Counted from the first letter of the stretch, positions 1 to 9,568 are shown. The stretch is DNA of 61,413 bases from an uncultured Woeseia sp. (GCA_964633055.1 CAZWEW010000001.1:1-61413), one strand, 5' to 3'. The notes: generated by a model not told the origin, from the sequence alone. Made by a program: numbers and translations.

Positions 1-2
1 AT

Positions 3-305
3 TTGCTTTCCGAGGCGCGACAGTTCCGGAAAAGGGTTGAGGAAGATCACGAAGGGCTCGAGTCGCGTAGCGATGATCTGTCGCCGGAGGAAGCGGAACG
101 GTTGCTCCTGGTGACAGACGTGCTGAACGAGGTCCGGGACGCCCAGATCATCTACCCGAAACCGATGCTGGTGCGACAAATCTCGTTCCTGTTGAACATG
201 ATCAGTGGTGCCGACCAGGCGCCGGGGGTAGAGGCGGCGGATCGATTGACCGAGCTCTCCGCACAGCTTGCGGCGCTGAGGGCGAGTTATGGGGATGCTG
301 ACTAA
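3..305 (+). CDS. 3' end of a CDS that begins upstream of the window; function unassigned
   Basis: The frame is open from the window edge to TAA 303-305. It gives 100 codons with an acidic, helical C-terminus. I can name no motif. Confidence 0.4.
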   Translation: MLSEARQFRKRVEEDHEGLESRSDDLSPEEAERLLLVTDVLNEVRDAQIIYPKPMLVRQISFLLNMISGADQAPGVEAADRLTELSAQLAALRASYGDAD

Positions 306-1482
306 ACATAATAGGGCAGACACGATATTGTCGTCTGGTAGCAAGGCTGCACCTGGCGTGCGAGCGGCGCTGACACTGGCGACCCTGGTAATGCTTTCCG
401 TGCCCGTTATTGCTGACGCCGACATGGTTCTTAGCACCGCAATCGACGGCGTATTCGCCGGTATCGATGCCGGCAGCGAGCCTGGTTGTGTGGCCGGTGT
501 GATCCATAAGGGGGAGTACGTCCACAAACAGGGTTACGGCCTTGCGAATCTCGAGTATTCGATACCGCTCGATGCGTCGTCGATTTTCAGGACGGGTTCG
601 GTCGGCAAGCAATTCACTGCGATGGCCATCGCGATACTGGCTGAGCGCGGCGATCTGGACCTCGATGCGGATGTTCGCATGTATCTGCCGGACCTGGTGG
701 ATTATGGCCGTGAAGTCACAATTCGGCAGATGGTTCACCATATTGCAGGCATGGGTGACTATGATCATCCGGCTTTACAAAAGCCGGACGGAAGCGAGTT
801 TCGCTACGGCAACGAAGATTTTGCGACGATTGACGAGTTTTACACAATGGTGTTGCGGGCGGATCTGGTGCTGGAACCTGGCGCGCAGTACCAGTATTCA
901 AATCTCGGTTATTTCTTGTTGGCGCATGTAGTGGAACGTGCCAGTGGGCAATCGCTTCGCGAGTTTGCAGCCGAAGAGATTTTCGGTCCGCTGGGCATGA
1001 ATAACACTCGCTTCAATGACAACGTCAACCAGATCGTCAGGAATCGTGCCGACGGCTATAGACAAATGGATGAAGACAGCTGGGAAATCTTCATGACGAA
1101 CCTGAGCTGGGTTGGCGACGGCAGTGTCTATACGAATCTGGATGACTTCATCCGCTGGGACCAGAATTTCTATGACAACAAGCTGGGCAAAGGTGATCAG
1201 TCACTGATCGACCTGGTGACGACGCCACATCCGGACACGGTCGCGATGACGGACGTAGGTCCCCGCAATGTCCACTACGCGTTCGGTCTGCGTGTCGATG
1301 AACGAAACGGTGAGTACGTCATTGGTCATACGGGCGGCTGGGTCGCGTTCAGTGCGGTCTATGACCGCTACCCTGACCTGGAACTTTCGATCGTCGTCTT
1401 CTGCAATTCGACGGCGTCTTCGGGACCTGAACTCGGCCTCAAAGTCGGCGAGATAGCCGTCGATTGGGCGAAAGAACGTTAA
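289..1482 (+). CDS. Exported serine hydrolase, beta-lactamase / DD-peptidase (class C-like) family
   Basis: 397 aa. It has a signal-like segment (AALTLATLVMLSVPVIADA), the S-x-x-K nucleophile motif SVGKQF, and a Y-x-N motif (YSNLGY). The start is ATG 289 or 295 and overlaps the upstream stop. Confidence 0.85.
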   Translation: MGMLTKHNRADTILSSGSKAAPGVRAALTLATLVMLSVPVIADADMVLSTAIDGVFAGIDAGSEPGCVAGVIHKGEYVHKQGYGLANLEYSIPLDASSIFRTGSVGKQFTAMAIAILAERGDLDLDADVRMYLPDLVDYGREVTIRQMVHHIAGMGDYDHPALQKPDGSEFRYGNEDFATIDEFYTMVLRADLVLEPGAQYQYSNLGYFLLAHVVERASGQSLREFAAEEIFGPLGMNNTRFNDNVNQIVRNRADGYRQMDEDSWEIFMTNLSWVGDGSVYTNLDDFIRWDQNFYDNKLGKGDQSLIDLVTTPHPDTVAMTDVGPRNVHYAFGLRVDERNGEYVIGHTGGWVAFSAVYDRYPDLELSIVVFCNSTASSGPELGLKVGEIAVDWAKER

Positions 1483-1519
1483 ACGCTCCGCATCGCGGAA
1501 CAAATGGGCTCAGTGTGGA

Positions 1520-3061
1520 TCACTGTCGCCTAATAACTTGCCCGGGTCGTGCGTCTGTCGTGGCGCCGTTCTGGAAAACCAGCTCGCCGTTGACCCAGAC
1601 GGAATGGATTCCCTCGGACAGCAGTTGCGGTTCGAGGGGCGTTGCATGGTCGATGACGTTTTGAGGATCCAACAGCACGAGGTCGGCTTTCATCCCGGTC
1701 CTGATCAGGCCGCGATCCGTGATGCCCATGTTTCGGGCCGCCATTCCCGTTGATTTATGCACTGCAGTTTCAAGCGACATTAGGCCTTGCTCACGCACGT
1801 AGCGTCCCAGGATGCGTGGATATGAACCTGCGCCTCTAGGATGCAGGTCTCGCAGCCCACCGTCGGTGCAGATGTTGGCGTGTGGCCATGCCAGCAGCTT
1901 GTGGATGTCGGCCTCAACCATGCTCGTCCCGATGATCATCTCGGCGCGCTCTCCATGCTCCTCTTCCCAGTCGAGCGCCTCCTGTGCGATTTGCGTAAAT
2001 GCGGTAACAACATCGATTTCTCGAAGGCCCGCAATTTCTGTCAGCGATTTGCCGACGTAGTTAGGATTTGGCTGGAAGCGCGTCATCCACAGTCCGTCAG
2101 GTGGGGCGATCTGGTCCAGTACATTGGCGATTGTCTCGCGGTTCGCAGGGTCCCGATCCGGCAATAAAACCATGATCGTCGACTGCCAGTACTCGTAGGG
2201 GTAGATGTCTGCCGTGATATTGACACCCTCGGCACGCGCGGCATCAAGCTTTGCTATCACGTCGTCGGCGCTTCCCCAGAGCCGCTTCATGGCGAGCTTG
2301 ATGTGTGATACCTGCACCGGCATCCCGGTTTCACGACCGATCAGGATGATTTCGTCGATCGCATCTTCGAACCAACGATCTTCACTGCGAACATGGCTGA
2401 TATAGCGACCGCCCGCGTCGGCCGTGACTTGGGCCAGCGCAAGAACTTCCGAGGTATCGGAGTGGATGCCGGGCTCGTATTCCAGGCCGGCAGACAGTCC
2501 CAGCGCGCCGGCTGAGAGTTCACGCTTCAACATATCTACCATCTGAGTCACTTCGTCCTCCGTAGCTTCCCTCCCGAAGTCGTCGCCCATGACTTCCGAG
2601 CGCAGTCGGTTGTGGCCGACGTAAGACGCGATGTTCATCGCAGGGGGCGATGTCTCCATCTCGGCAAAGAAATCGGCCAGCGGGTATTGCGAGCCGCCAT
2701 CCTGACCAATCACCGCAGTTGTGATGCCCTGGCTGATATGGTTCAGCGCATCCGGCAATTCGCGAATAGCGCCGTCCGCGTGACTGTGGGTATCGATACA
2801 ACCCGGAGCCAGTGTCAGGTGGGTAGCATCGACGAGGGATTCGCCGTCGCAGAGTTCGAGCGTCGGGCCAACTTCTGTAATGAGCCCTCCGGCGATTCGC
2901 ACACTTCCCGGGTACGCCGGTGCAGCTGTTCCATCGATGATTGTGGCGTTGATGATGTAACCGCCGTCGTTGGTACATGACGTTTGCGGAGTATCCTGCG
3001 AGCAGGCGCCCAGCAGGATCAGGATGCTGACAATAGCGGCCAGGGTCGGTGCGTTATTCAT
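1520..3061 (-). CDS. Lipoprotein amidohydrolase, N-acyl-D-amino-acid deacylase (D-aminoacylase) family
   Basis: 513 aa. It has the lipobox LLGAC and the metal-binding motif GCIDTHSHAD, with overall D-aminoacylase-like length and layout. A GAGGT Shine-Dalgarno lies about 7 nt upstream of ATG 3061. Confidence 0.85.
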   Translation of the reverse strand: MNNAPTLAAIVSILILLGACSQDTPQTSCTNDGGYIINATIIDGTAAPAYPGSVRIAGGLITEVGPTLELCDGESLVDATHLTLAPGCIDTHSHADGAIRELPDALNHISQGITTAVIGQDGGSQYPLADFFAEMETSPPAMNIASYVGHNRLRSEVMGDDFGREATEDEVTQMVDMLKRELSAGALGLSAGLEYEPGIHSDTSEVLALAQVTADAGGRYISHVRSEDRWFEDAIDEIILIGRETGMPVQVSHIKLAMKRLWGSADDVIAKLDAARAEGVNITADIYPYEYWQSTIMVLLPDRDPANRETIANVLDQIAPPDGLWMTRFQPNPNYVGKSLTEIAGLREIDVVTAFTQIAQEALDWEEEHGERAEMIIGTSMVEADIHKLLAWPHANICTDGGLRDLHPRGAGSYPRILGRYVREQGLMSLETAVHKSTGMAARNMGITDRGLIRTGMKADLVLLDPQNVIDHATPLEPQLLSEGIHSVWVNGELVFQNGATTDARPGQVIRRQ

Positions 3062-3147
3062 GAAAGTTACCTCGGAGCGATTCGCGGCTCGTTCGACGCC
3101 GGGTGCGACTTCCCCTGTCGTCTTTCGCCATGATTGATTGTGTTCTG

Positions 3148-3675
3148 CTACGCAGCCTGTTCTTGCCGCAATTCCGCGATTTCGGCTTTAACTTCGTTGA
3201 AGAGATCGTCGCGCAGACCCAGGATGCTGAAAATCTCGACCACAATGAAAAAAGGCGCCGCCAGGTTTGCTTGGATCGGGTGTTTTAGAATGACGGGCGC
3301 AGACTTCTCGACCGCATGTCCGACAAACTGGGCGACGTATCCGCCAAAAAACGCCGTGGCGGCAATGGTGCCGGCGGTCGCCATCGGCATCTCACCGATA
3401 CGGGTTGCGAGCCACGCAACCGGAATGGCGTAGGCAAGGAATGCGATGCTGAACGTCGTATCCAGCGTCAGGTAAAAAATGAACAGGATCAGGGTCACGA
3501 CGTGCGCACCATTGATTGTGACGCCGCCGACCATGAAATTCGTCCAGCTGAAGACAATATAAACGCCGAGCATGATCGTCGGGATGCCAACCAGGTGGAT
3601 AGCGACATTAAAGGGATGCTCGTGGGCAGCTGCGTATCCTGTCAGCATCTCCATGAGTTTCGCGTTTCTGGTCAT
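3148..3675 (-). CDS. Small integral membrane protein, DUF962 / Mpo1-like
   Basis: The track ORF is 255 aa. I trimmed it to ATG 3675 (MTRNAKLMEM...), giving 175 aa. It has four hydrophobic segments, and the motifs HPFNVAIHLVGIP and GHAVEKSAP are typical of DUF962. Confidence 0.7.
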   Translation of the reverse strand: MTRNAKLMEMLTGYAAAHEHPFNVAIHLVGIPTIMLGVYIVFSWTNFMVGGVTINGAHVVTLILFIFYLTLDTTFSIAFLAYAIPVAWLATRIGEMPMATAGTIAATAFFGGYVAQFVGHAVEKSAPVILKHPIQANLAAPFFIVVEIFSILGLRDDLFNEVKAEIAELRQEQAA

Positions 3676-3757
3676 CAGATGAATGTAACACGACTTTTGC
3701 CCTTGGCACCCGCGCCCGGATATGATCAGGCAACACAATGGCACCGGGAAGTTCTTC

Positions 3758-4900
3758 ATGACATTTATTCCATTCGATCTCGAATACACGCAGTCCGTCT
3801 GGGAGCAGAAAGTCGATATCAATCTCACCGAAAGCGGCGTGCATCCGATTCGGCTGGACCACCTGCTCGGTGATGATGGGGACAAGATCACCGATCTGCT
3901 GGCCACCGAGATCAACTACCCGCACGTCAACGGCAATCCGCAGCTCCGTGAACACATTGCTGCGCTGTATGATGGCGCTGGCGTTAAAAATGTACTCGTG
4001 ACGGTCGGCGCAGCCGAGGCTAACAACATCATCATGCAAACACTGATGGCGCCCGGCGACGAGGTGCTGATTCAGACGCCGACCTACAAACAGATCTGGG
4101 GTCTCGCAGCCAATACCGGGCATACCATCAGATCGTTCACGCTGGATCCCGATCAGGGTTGGGCCGTAGATACCGATGAACTGAATGCCGGTGTCAACGA
4201 CAACACGAAGATGATTGCCGTCGTGAATCCGAACAATCCGACCGGCTACATCATGACGGATGACGAGATGGATGCCGTCATTGCCGCAGCGGACAGGGTC
4301 GGCGCCTGGATTCTCGCCGACGAGGTTTACCGCGGTGCCGAGCGAATCCGGGAAGATGAGACACCGTCCTTTTATGGGCGTTACGACAAGGTGCTCTCGC
4401 TCGGCAGCATGAGCAAGGCCTACGCGTTGCCGGGACTGCGTGTGGGCTGGATCGTTGGGCCGCCCGATACGGTGGAAGACATCTGGCGGCGTCATGAATA
4501 CACGACCATTACCGCGAGCATGCTGAGCAATCTTCTCGCGACACATGCTTTATCGCCAGCTGTCCGACCGCGACTGATCAAGCGCACCCGCGACTACATC
4601 CGAAACGGTTTCCCCGTGCTTGAAGAATGGATGGACAGTCAGGACGGCCTGTTTTCCTACACGCCCCCCCAGGCATCAGCGGTGTCCTTCATCCGCTATC
4701 ACCTCGACATCAACTCGACCGAACTGATGGAAACGCTTTGCCGGGATGCGGGTGTGTTTCTGGGCGCTGGTGATTCGTTCGGAATGGATCATCACCTGCG
4801 GGTTGCCTTCGGGCAGGAGCGCGAGACGCTCGAGGAAGCGTTCAGACGCATCGACAAGACGCTTCAATCCCTGCAGAAACGTGAACGTCTTGTCAGCTAG
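3758..4900 (+). CDS. PLP-dependent aminotransferase, class I/II fold
   Basis: 380 aa from ATG 3758 (MTFIPFDLEY...). It has the NPNNPTG motif and the PLP-lysine motif SMSKAYALPGLRVGW. An alternative start is ATG 3722. Confidence 0.85.
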   Translation: MTFIPFDLEYTQSVWEQKVDINLTESGVHPIRLDHLLGDDGDKITDLLATEINYPHVNGNPQLREHIAALYDGAGVKNVLVTVGAAEANNIIMQTLMAPGDEVLIQTPTYKQIWGLAANTGHTIRSFTLDPDQGWAVDTDELNAGVNDNTKMIAVVNPNNPTGYIMTDDEMDAVIAAADRVGAWILADEVYRGAERIREDETPSFYGRYDKVLSLGSMSKAYALPGLRVGWIVGPPDTVEDIWRRHEYTTITASMLSNLLATHALSPAVRPRLIKRTRDYIRNGFPVLEEWMDSQDGLFSYTPPQASAVSFIRYHLDINSTELMETLCRDAGVFLGAGDSFGMDHHLRVAFGQERETLEEAFRRIDKTLQSLQKRERLVS

Positions 4901-4931
4901 AAGATAGGACAGACAGCAAGGAGTTCCTGAA

Positions 4932-5324
4932 ATGCGTACACAGTCATGCCGTCTAGGCGCTGCACTGTTCCTGCTGCTCAGTGGTGCAAATGCCGCTGCA
5001 GAGAACCTGATTGCCGATTTTCAGGGTTCGGGGAACCGGAACACGATGTCGTTCGAAGTCGAGGCGCCGTGGATACTCGACTGGCGTATCAATTCGGACT
5101 ACGACAAGATGCTCTCGTTCGACCTGGATCTCGTCGACGGGACCACCGGTGTGTTGGAAGGCAACATTCTGCGCGCAAAGGCGCTGGGCAATGGCGTCCG
5201 GATGTTCAATACGAGCGGCAAGTATCGTTTTCGGGTGAACGCTTCATTTATTCGCTGGCACCTGAAGGTAATTGAGCTGACACCCGAGGAGGCGGCCCGT
5301 TATACGCCAAGGCAACTCCGCTGA
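4932..5324 (+). CDS. Secreted hypothetical protein
   Basis: 130 aa with a clear signal peptide (LGAALFLLLSGANAAAE). I recognise no family motif. Its stop abuts the stop of the convergent gene with no gap. Confidence 0.55.
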   Translation: MRTQSCRLGAALFLLLSGANAAAENLIADFQGSGNRNTMSFEVEAPWILDWRINSDYDKMLSFDLDLVDGTTGVLEGNILRAKALGNGVRMFNTSGKYRFRVNASFIRWHLKVIELTPEEAARYTPRQLR

Positions 5325-6422
5325 TCAGGCGTTGTAAACTTCGGTGAACACGCTGTCGAAGACTTCGATGTCTTCGAGCTTACCCATGCTGACTCGCATA
5401 AAATTGGCAGGGCCGCCGATGCTGCCGCGAATCAGAACGTTTCGGTCAGCCATTGCCCTCGCAAACTCCTCGCCGTTGCGACCAATGTCTGCATAGACGA
5501 AATTTGTCTGCGACGGCAGTGGCTCGATGCCGTTCCTGTGGAACGTCGCATTTACCATTTCCCGCCCCTTGACGATCATCTCCCTGGAAAACGCGATGAA
5601 TTCATCGTCGAGATAGCTTGCGTAGGCGGTCGCGAGACCAACACTGTTTGGCCAGGCCATGACGTGATCAGTCACAAGTTTCGCGATGTCAGGATGGCCC
5701 ATGCCGTAGCCAACCCGGTAGCCTGCCATGCCGAAGATCTTCGAGAAGGTCCGGATCACCAAGATATTCTCGCCCTCACGAACCAGGTCGACGACGGAGG
5801 TGTAATCGGGATCGTCGGTCACCTCGTTGTACGCCTCGTCAACCAGGACGACCGCTTTGTGACTCACGGCACGGCAGAAAGCGCGGAGTTCATCGCCATC
5901 CAGCGTCAGTCCGGTCGGGTTATTTGGGTTGCAGATATAGACTAGGCTGACCGAATCATCGATGGCGGCAGTTATTGCGTTGAGGTCGATCGACATGTCG
6001 TCGGCAAGCGGGACACGCAGTATGTCGACACCCATCCGTTTCGAATAGGCAACGTGGTCGTTATAGGTCAGGGAGGGCATGACGACTTTGCCGCGTTTGC
6101 CGAAGGCAACCATTGCCGCGTGCAATGCTTCATTCGACCCGGACGACAGGACTAGGCTGTCTGCCGGAAGATCGTTCTTTTTGGCGATGGCATCGAGCAG
6201 CATGGTAGTGATTTCCATCGGGTAGTAAGCGCCGTCCGCTGCAGCCGCGGCGGCCGCTTCCAGTCCTTTTGGGCTCGGGCCATACGGATTCTCATTGAAT
6301 CGAAGCAGCACTTTGCCCGGAATGGATCCGTATTGTGCGAACGTCGTCGGACTCAGTGTGAGAACGGAGGCTCCGCTAACGACATGTCGGATGAAGTCGC
6401 GGCGATTGAATGCGGTAGTCAT
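5325..6422 (-). CDS. Tat-signal PLP aminotransferase, class I/II (histidinol-phosphate aminotransferase-like)
   Basis: 365 aa. The N-terminus MTTAFNRRDFIRHVVSGASVLTLSPTTFAQ carries a twin-arginine motif. It has NPNNPTG and the PLP-lysine motif RTFSKIFGMAGYRVGY. Confidence 0.85.
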   Translation of the reverse strand: MTTAFNRRDFIRHVVSGASVLTLSPTTFAQYGSIPGKVLLRFNENPYGPSPKGLEAAAAAAADGAYYPMEITTMLLDAIAKKNDLPADSLVLSSGSNEALHAAMVAFGKRGKVVMPSLTYNDHVAYSKRMGVDILRVPLADDMSIDLNAITAAIDDSVSLVYICNPNNPTGLTLDGDELRAFCRAVSHKAVVLVDEAYNEVTDDPDYTSVVDLVREGENILVIRTFSKIFGMAGYRVGYGMGHPDIAKLVTDHVMAWPNSVGLATAYASYLDDEFIAFSREMIVKGREMVNATFHRNGIEPLPSQTNFVYADIGRNGEEFARAMADRNVLIRGSIGGPANFMRVSMGKLEDIEVFDSVFTEVYNA

Positions 6423-6451
6423 GTTATTCGATCCTTACGAATCTCTTCTCG

Positions 6452-7153
6452 TTACTGATCAAGCAGAATATTGACGCGCCGATTTCGGCGGCCTTTCTTT
6501 TCGACTTTGCCGATGCTCACCTGTCCGACTTCCGCCGTCGATCGCAAATGCGTTCCGCCGCAGGGTTGCAGGTCGACGCCTTCTATTTCGAGCAGGCGCA
6601 CTTTGCCGGCCCCCTTCGGTGGTCGTACCGACATCGTACGGACGAGTTCGGGTTGTGCTTCGAGTTCCTCGTCCGTGATCCAACGGCAACTGACCGGATG
6701 ATCGGCGGCAACGAGTGCTCGAAGATCGGCAGTGACCCGTTCTTTGTCAACGGTGTCTTCCATATCGAAATCGAGTCGACTTTTTGTGGCTGAAATATTA
6801 CCGCCCGTGACGCCGTACTTGAGTATCGAGCCGAGCAGGTGCATCGCAGTGTGCATCCGCATGTGGAGGTAGCGGCGATCCCAGTGGATTGTGGCCCGGA
6901 CCGTTGTGTCGACCGGCGGCAGTTCCAAGCCTTCCCCGACGAGGTGTCGGATTGAGCCGCCCTCGTCATAACGTGTATTGGCGACGTCTATTGAGTCGCC
7001 GTCCCAGGAGATCGTTCCCGTGTCACCGGGTTGGCCACCCCCCGTGGGGTAGAACACGGTCCGGTCGAGTTCGACCCCGCCATCGCCCGAAGCCGTAACC
7101 GTAGCCTCGCACTCTTTCAGGTAGGCGTCGTCCCGGAAGAGTTGTTCTGTCAT
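6452..7153 (-). CDS. Free-standing alanyl-tRNA editing protein (AlaX-like, Thr/Ala-tRNA synthetase second additional domain)
   Basis: Trimmed to ATG 7153 (MTEQLFRDDAY...), giving 233 aa. A GGAGGT Shine-Dalgarno lies upstream. The zinc/editing motifs HTAMHLL and CGGTH are present. Confidence 0.8.
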   Translation of the reverse strand: MTEQLFRDDAYLKECEATVTASGDGGVELDRTVFYPTGGGQPGDTGTISWDGDSIDVANTRYDEGGSIRHLVGEGLELPPVDTTVRATIHWDRRYLHMRMHTAMHLLGSILKYGVTGGNISATKSRLDFDMEDTVDKERVTADLRALVAADHPVSCRWITDEELEAQPELVRTMSVRPPKGAGKVRLLEIEGVDLQPCGGTHLRSTAEVGQVSIGKVEKKGRRNRRVNILLDQ

Positions 7154-7228
7154 CGTTACCTCCGCTGGTGTCCGATGAATGTACTCTATAATCGCGCGAT
7201 CGACACCCGTAATTCCGCGACTCGTGAC

Positions 7229-8077
7229 ATGATCGATCACATTTGCTTCGACAACCCGCCGTTCGGCAGGCCATTCATCAAGATGCATGGCCTAGAGAAC
7301 CATTTTGTTATTGTCGACGGACGGTCTGAAGGATGGTGTCCTGACGGTGACGAAGCAGTTCGGATCTGCAATCCGAAGACCGGGGTTGGCGGAGATCAGC
7401 TGGTAGTCATTGAGCCGCCGAGGAATCAGGCGGCCATCGCATTCATGAGAATCCTCAACGTCGATGGCCGCGAGGTCGAGGCTTGTGGCAATGCGGCGCG
7501 CTGCGTGGCGTGGCTGTTGCTTGAGGAGACCGGTACGGATGAATTGACACTCGAGACGCTGGGGGGACTGATTGAATGCCGGCGTTCCGGGGATCTGGAA
7601 ACGAGCTGTGTCATGGGCAAAGTCACTATGGACTGGCAATCGATCCCGTTGAGCCGGGAAATCGACACTTGCCATGTCGACGTCGATTTCGGCGGATTGA
7701 ATGATGGAATCGCCCTCAATATTGGCAACCCTCACATCGTGTATTTCGTGGGCGATCTCGATGAGGTCGATCTCGAGTCCATCGCGCCATCGATCCAGCA
7801 GCATTCATTGTTCCCGGAGCAGGTTAACGTTGGCTTGGCTGAAGTCGTCGACTCGGGGCATTTGCGCTCCAAAGTCTACGAGCGTGGCGCGGGGATGACG
7901 ATGGCCTGCGGCAGCGGCGCCTGCGTCGCTGCTTACGCAGCCCTTGTACGTGGCCTGACGGACGACCGGACGTTTAATGTCAGTATGCCGGCCGGCGATG
8001 TCACGATCGACATCGACGATGACGGCATCGCAACGATGACCGGACCGGTGGCCTATTGTTTTTCTGGATTCCTGTAA
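7229..8077 (+). CDS. dapF: Diaminopimelate epimerase family protein (variant N-terminal motif)
   Basis: Trimmed to ATG 7229, giving 282 aa. The N-terminus reads FIKMHGLENHFVIVDG. Both catalytic Cys contexts are present (EACGNAARC and MACGSGAC). Confidence 0.75.
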   Translation: MIDHICFDNPPFGRPFIKMHGLENHFVIVDGRSEGWCPDGDEAVRICNPKTGVGGDQLVVIEPPRNQAAIAFMRILNVDGREVEACGNAARCVAWLLLEETGTDELTLETLGGLIECRRSGDLETSCVMGKVTMDWQSIPLSREIDTCHVDVDFGGLNDGIALNIGNPHIVYFVGDLDEVDLESIAPSIQQHSLFPEQVNVGLAEVVDSGHLRSKVYERGAGMTMACGSGACVAAYAALVRGLTDDRTFNVSMPAGDVTIDIDDDGIATMTGPVAYCFSGFL

Positions 8078-8155
8078 GCGCTGGTTCAGCGGGCGTGCAC
8101 AGCCCATTCTGCGTCGGGCTGCGGACCGTCATCGTTTCGGCGTTGCTGATCTCAA

Positions 8156-9568
8156 TCAGGCGATAAAGCCCGCCAGGAAAAACCCGACGGACGCGATCGC
8201 GGCCGCTATCAGCGCATACGGCAACTGTGTCCTGACGTGATCGATATGATCAGTGGCAGACGCCATCGATGCGACGACGGTAGTATCGCTGATCGGCGAC
8301 GCATGATCGCCGAAGATTGCGCCGGAAATCGCTGCGCCCAGTAACAACGGCATCGGCAATCCGAGTGTCACCGCAATCGGTACTGCAATCGGAATCATGA
8401 TGGCAAACGTTCCCCAGCTCGATCCGACTGAAAAGGCGATGAATGCCGAGACAATGAAAACCAGCGGTGCCAGCAGTGGCTCGGCGATTGTGGCACCGAC
8501 GACATTCGCAACATAAACCCCTGTCCCGAGCAGGTTGGCAATGTCCCCCAGCGCCAGCGCAAATAGGAGAATGGTGGCAATAGGGAGCATGCCGCTGGCG
8601 CCTTTCATAAACAGGCGCATCAGTTCATTTGCCGAATGTTCGCCATAGATAAAATTCATGACCCAGGCGATTACGATCGCGACAATGATGGCCCACATTA
8701 TGGACTTTGAACCGGATCCTTCGATGAGATTACCGTCGCCGGTTATATAGAGCGCCAACGGCATCATGAGGACCATGGCGACGACGGGGATGACCATCAG
8801 AGCTGCCGACGGGGTCTTGCCCGGTTCATCGACGACCGGTTCTTTAGAAATATCTACCATCGGCGTTGCCCCCGGCCACAGGATGTCGCCTCCCTGCGTT
8901 CGTTCCTCGGCTTTTTTCATTGGTCCGAGATTGATGTTCTTCCAGATGACGATTGCGGACAGGATGATCGCCGTGATCGCATAGAAGTTGTACGGGATGG
9001 CCTGGATAAAGGCTTCCAGCGGGTTTTCGACACCCGAGGACGCGATCAGCCCGATGATGACCGCGCCCCACGCATTCAACGGAATCATGACGCAGACCGG
9101 CGCTGACGTGGCATCGATGATATAGGCGAGTTTTTCGCGGGAGATCTTGTAGCGGTCGAACAATGGTCGGCTGACTGAACCGGCGACGAGCAGCGTGATG
9201 TTTGATTCAATGAAGACGACCAGTCCTGTCGCCCATGCAAGAATCTGTGCACGCAACCCGTTGTGTACCCACCGGCGCGACTCGAGGAAGTGAATGAAGC
9301 CGCGAACCCCGCCAGTGTGCTCGATCGTCGCAATCAGAGAACCGACCAGCAGCGTAAAGATCAATACGCGCGTGTCACCGACATCAGAGAATACGTGGAT
9401 GACGGAGTCGATACCCGATGCGACGCCAGACACAGGGTTGAATCCAGCCAGTATGGTCGACCCGATCCAGATGCCGGCAAACAATGACAGGATTACCTGC
9501 TTGGTCCAGATCGCAAGGACGATGGCAAGAACGGGTGGCAGTATGGAGTACCAGCCTGGATCGGTCAT
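8156..9568 (-). CDS. NhaC-family membrane carrier (Na+/H+ antiporter NhaC family)
   Basis: 470 aa and polytopic. Its layout and conserved stretches (GGVRGF, SRPLFDRYKISREKLAYIIDATSAPV) are typical of the NhaC family. It lies 15 nt downstream of the oxygenase gene. Confidence 0.85.
   Translation of the reverse strand: MTDPGWYSILPPVLAIVLAIWTKQVILSLFAGIWIGSTILAGFNPVSGVASGIDSVIHVFSDVGDTRVLIFTLLVGSLIATIEHTGGVRGFIHFLESRRWVHNGLRAQILAWATGLVVFIESNITLLVAGSVSRPLFDRYKISREKLAYIIDATSAPVCVMIPLNAWGAVIIGLIASSGVENPLEAFIQAIPYNFYAITAIILSAIVIWKNINLGPMKKAEERTQGGDILWPGATPMVDISKEPVVDEPGKTPSAALMVIPVVAMVLMMPLALYITGDGNLIEGSGSKSIMWAIIVAIVIAWVMNFIYGEHSANELMRLFMKGASGMLPIATILLFALALGDIANLLGTGVYVANVVGATIAEPLLAPLVFIVSAFIAFSVGSSWGTFAIMIPIAVPIAVTLGLPMPLLLGAAISGAIFGDHASPISDTTVVASMASATDHIDHVRTQLPYALIAAAIASVGFFLAGFIA

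Noticed and set aside
7031-7288. Long N-terminal extensions of track ORFs that would make divergent genes overlap. Examples are DapF from 7031 and AlaX-like to 7288. The same applies to 3915, 10723, 10869, 11188, 21285, 21263, 28216, 30944, 32832, 38056, 41952, 49148, 50106 and 53719.
   Set aside because: In each case an internal ATG (or GTG) with a Shine-Dalgarno gives the family-typical N-terminus or a signal peptide. The extra residues overlap a neighbouring gene or promoter region.
8097-8122. Hairpin CAGCCC-N10-GGGCTG after dapF as an intrinsic terminator
   Set aside because: It has only a 6-bp stem, a 10-nt loop and no U tract, which is too weak to call.
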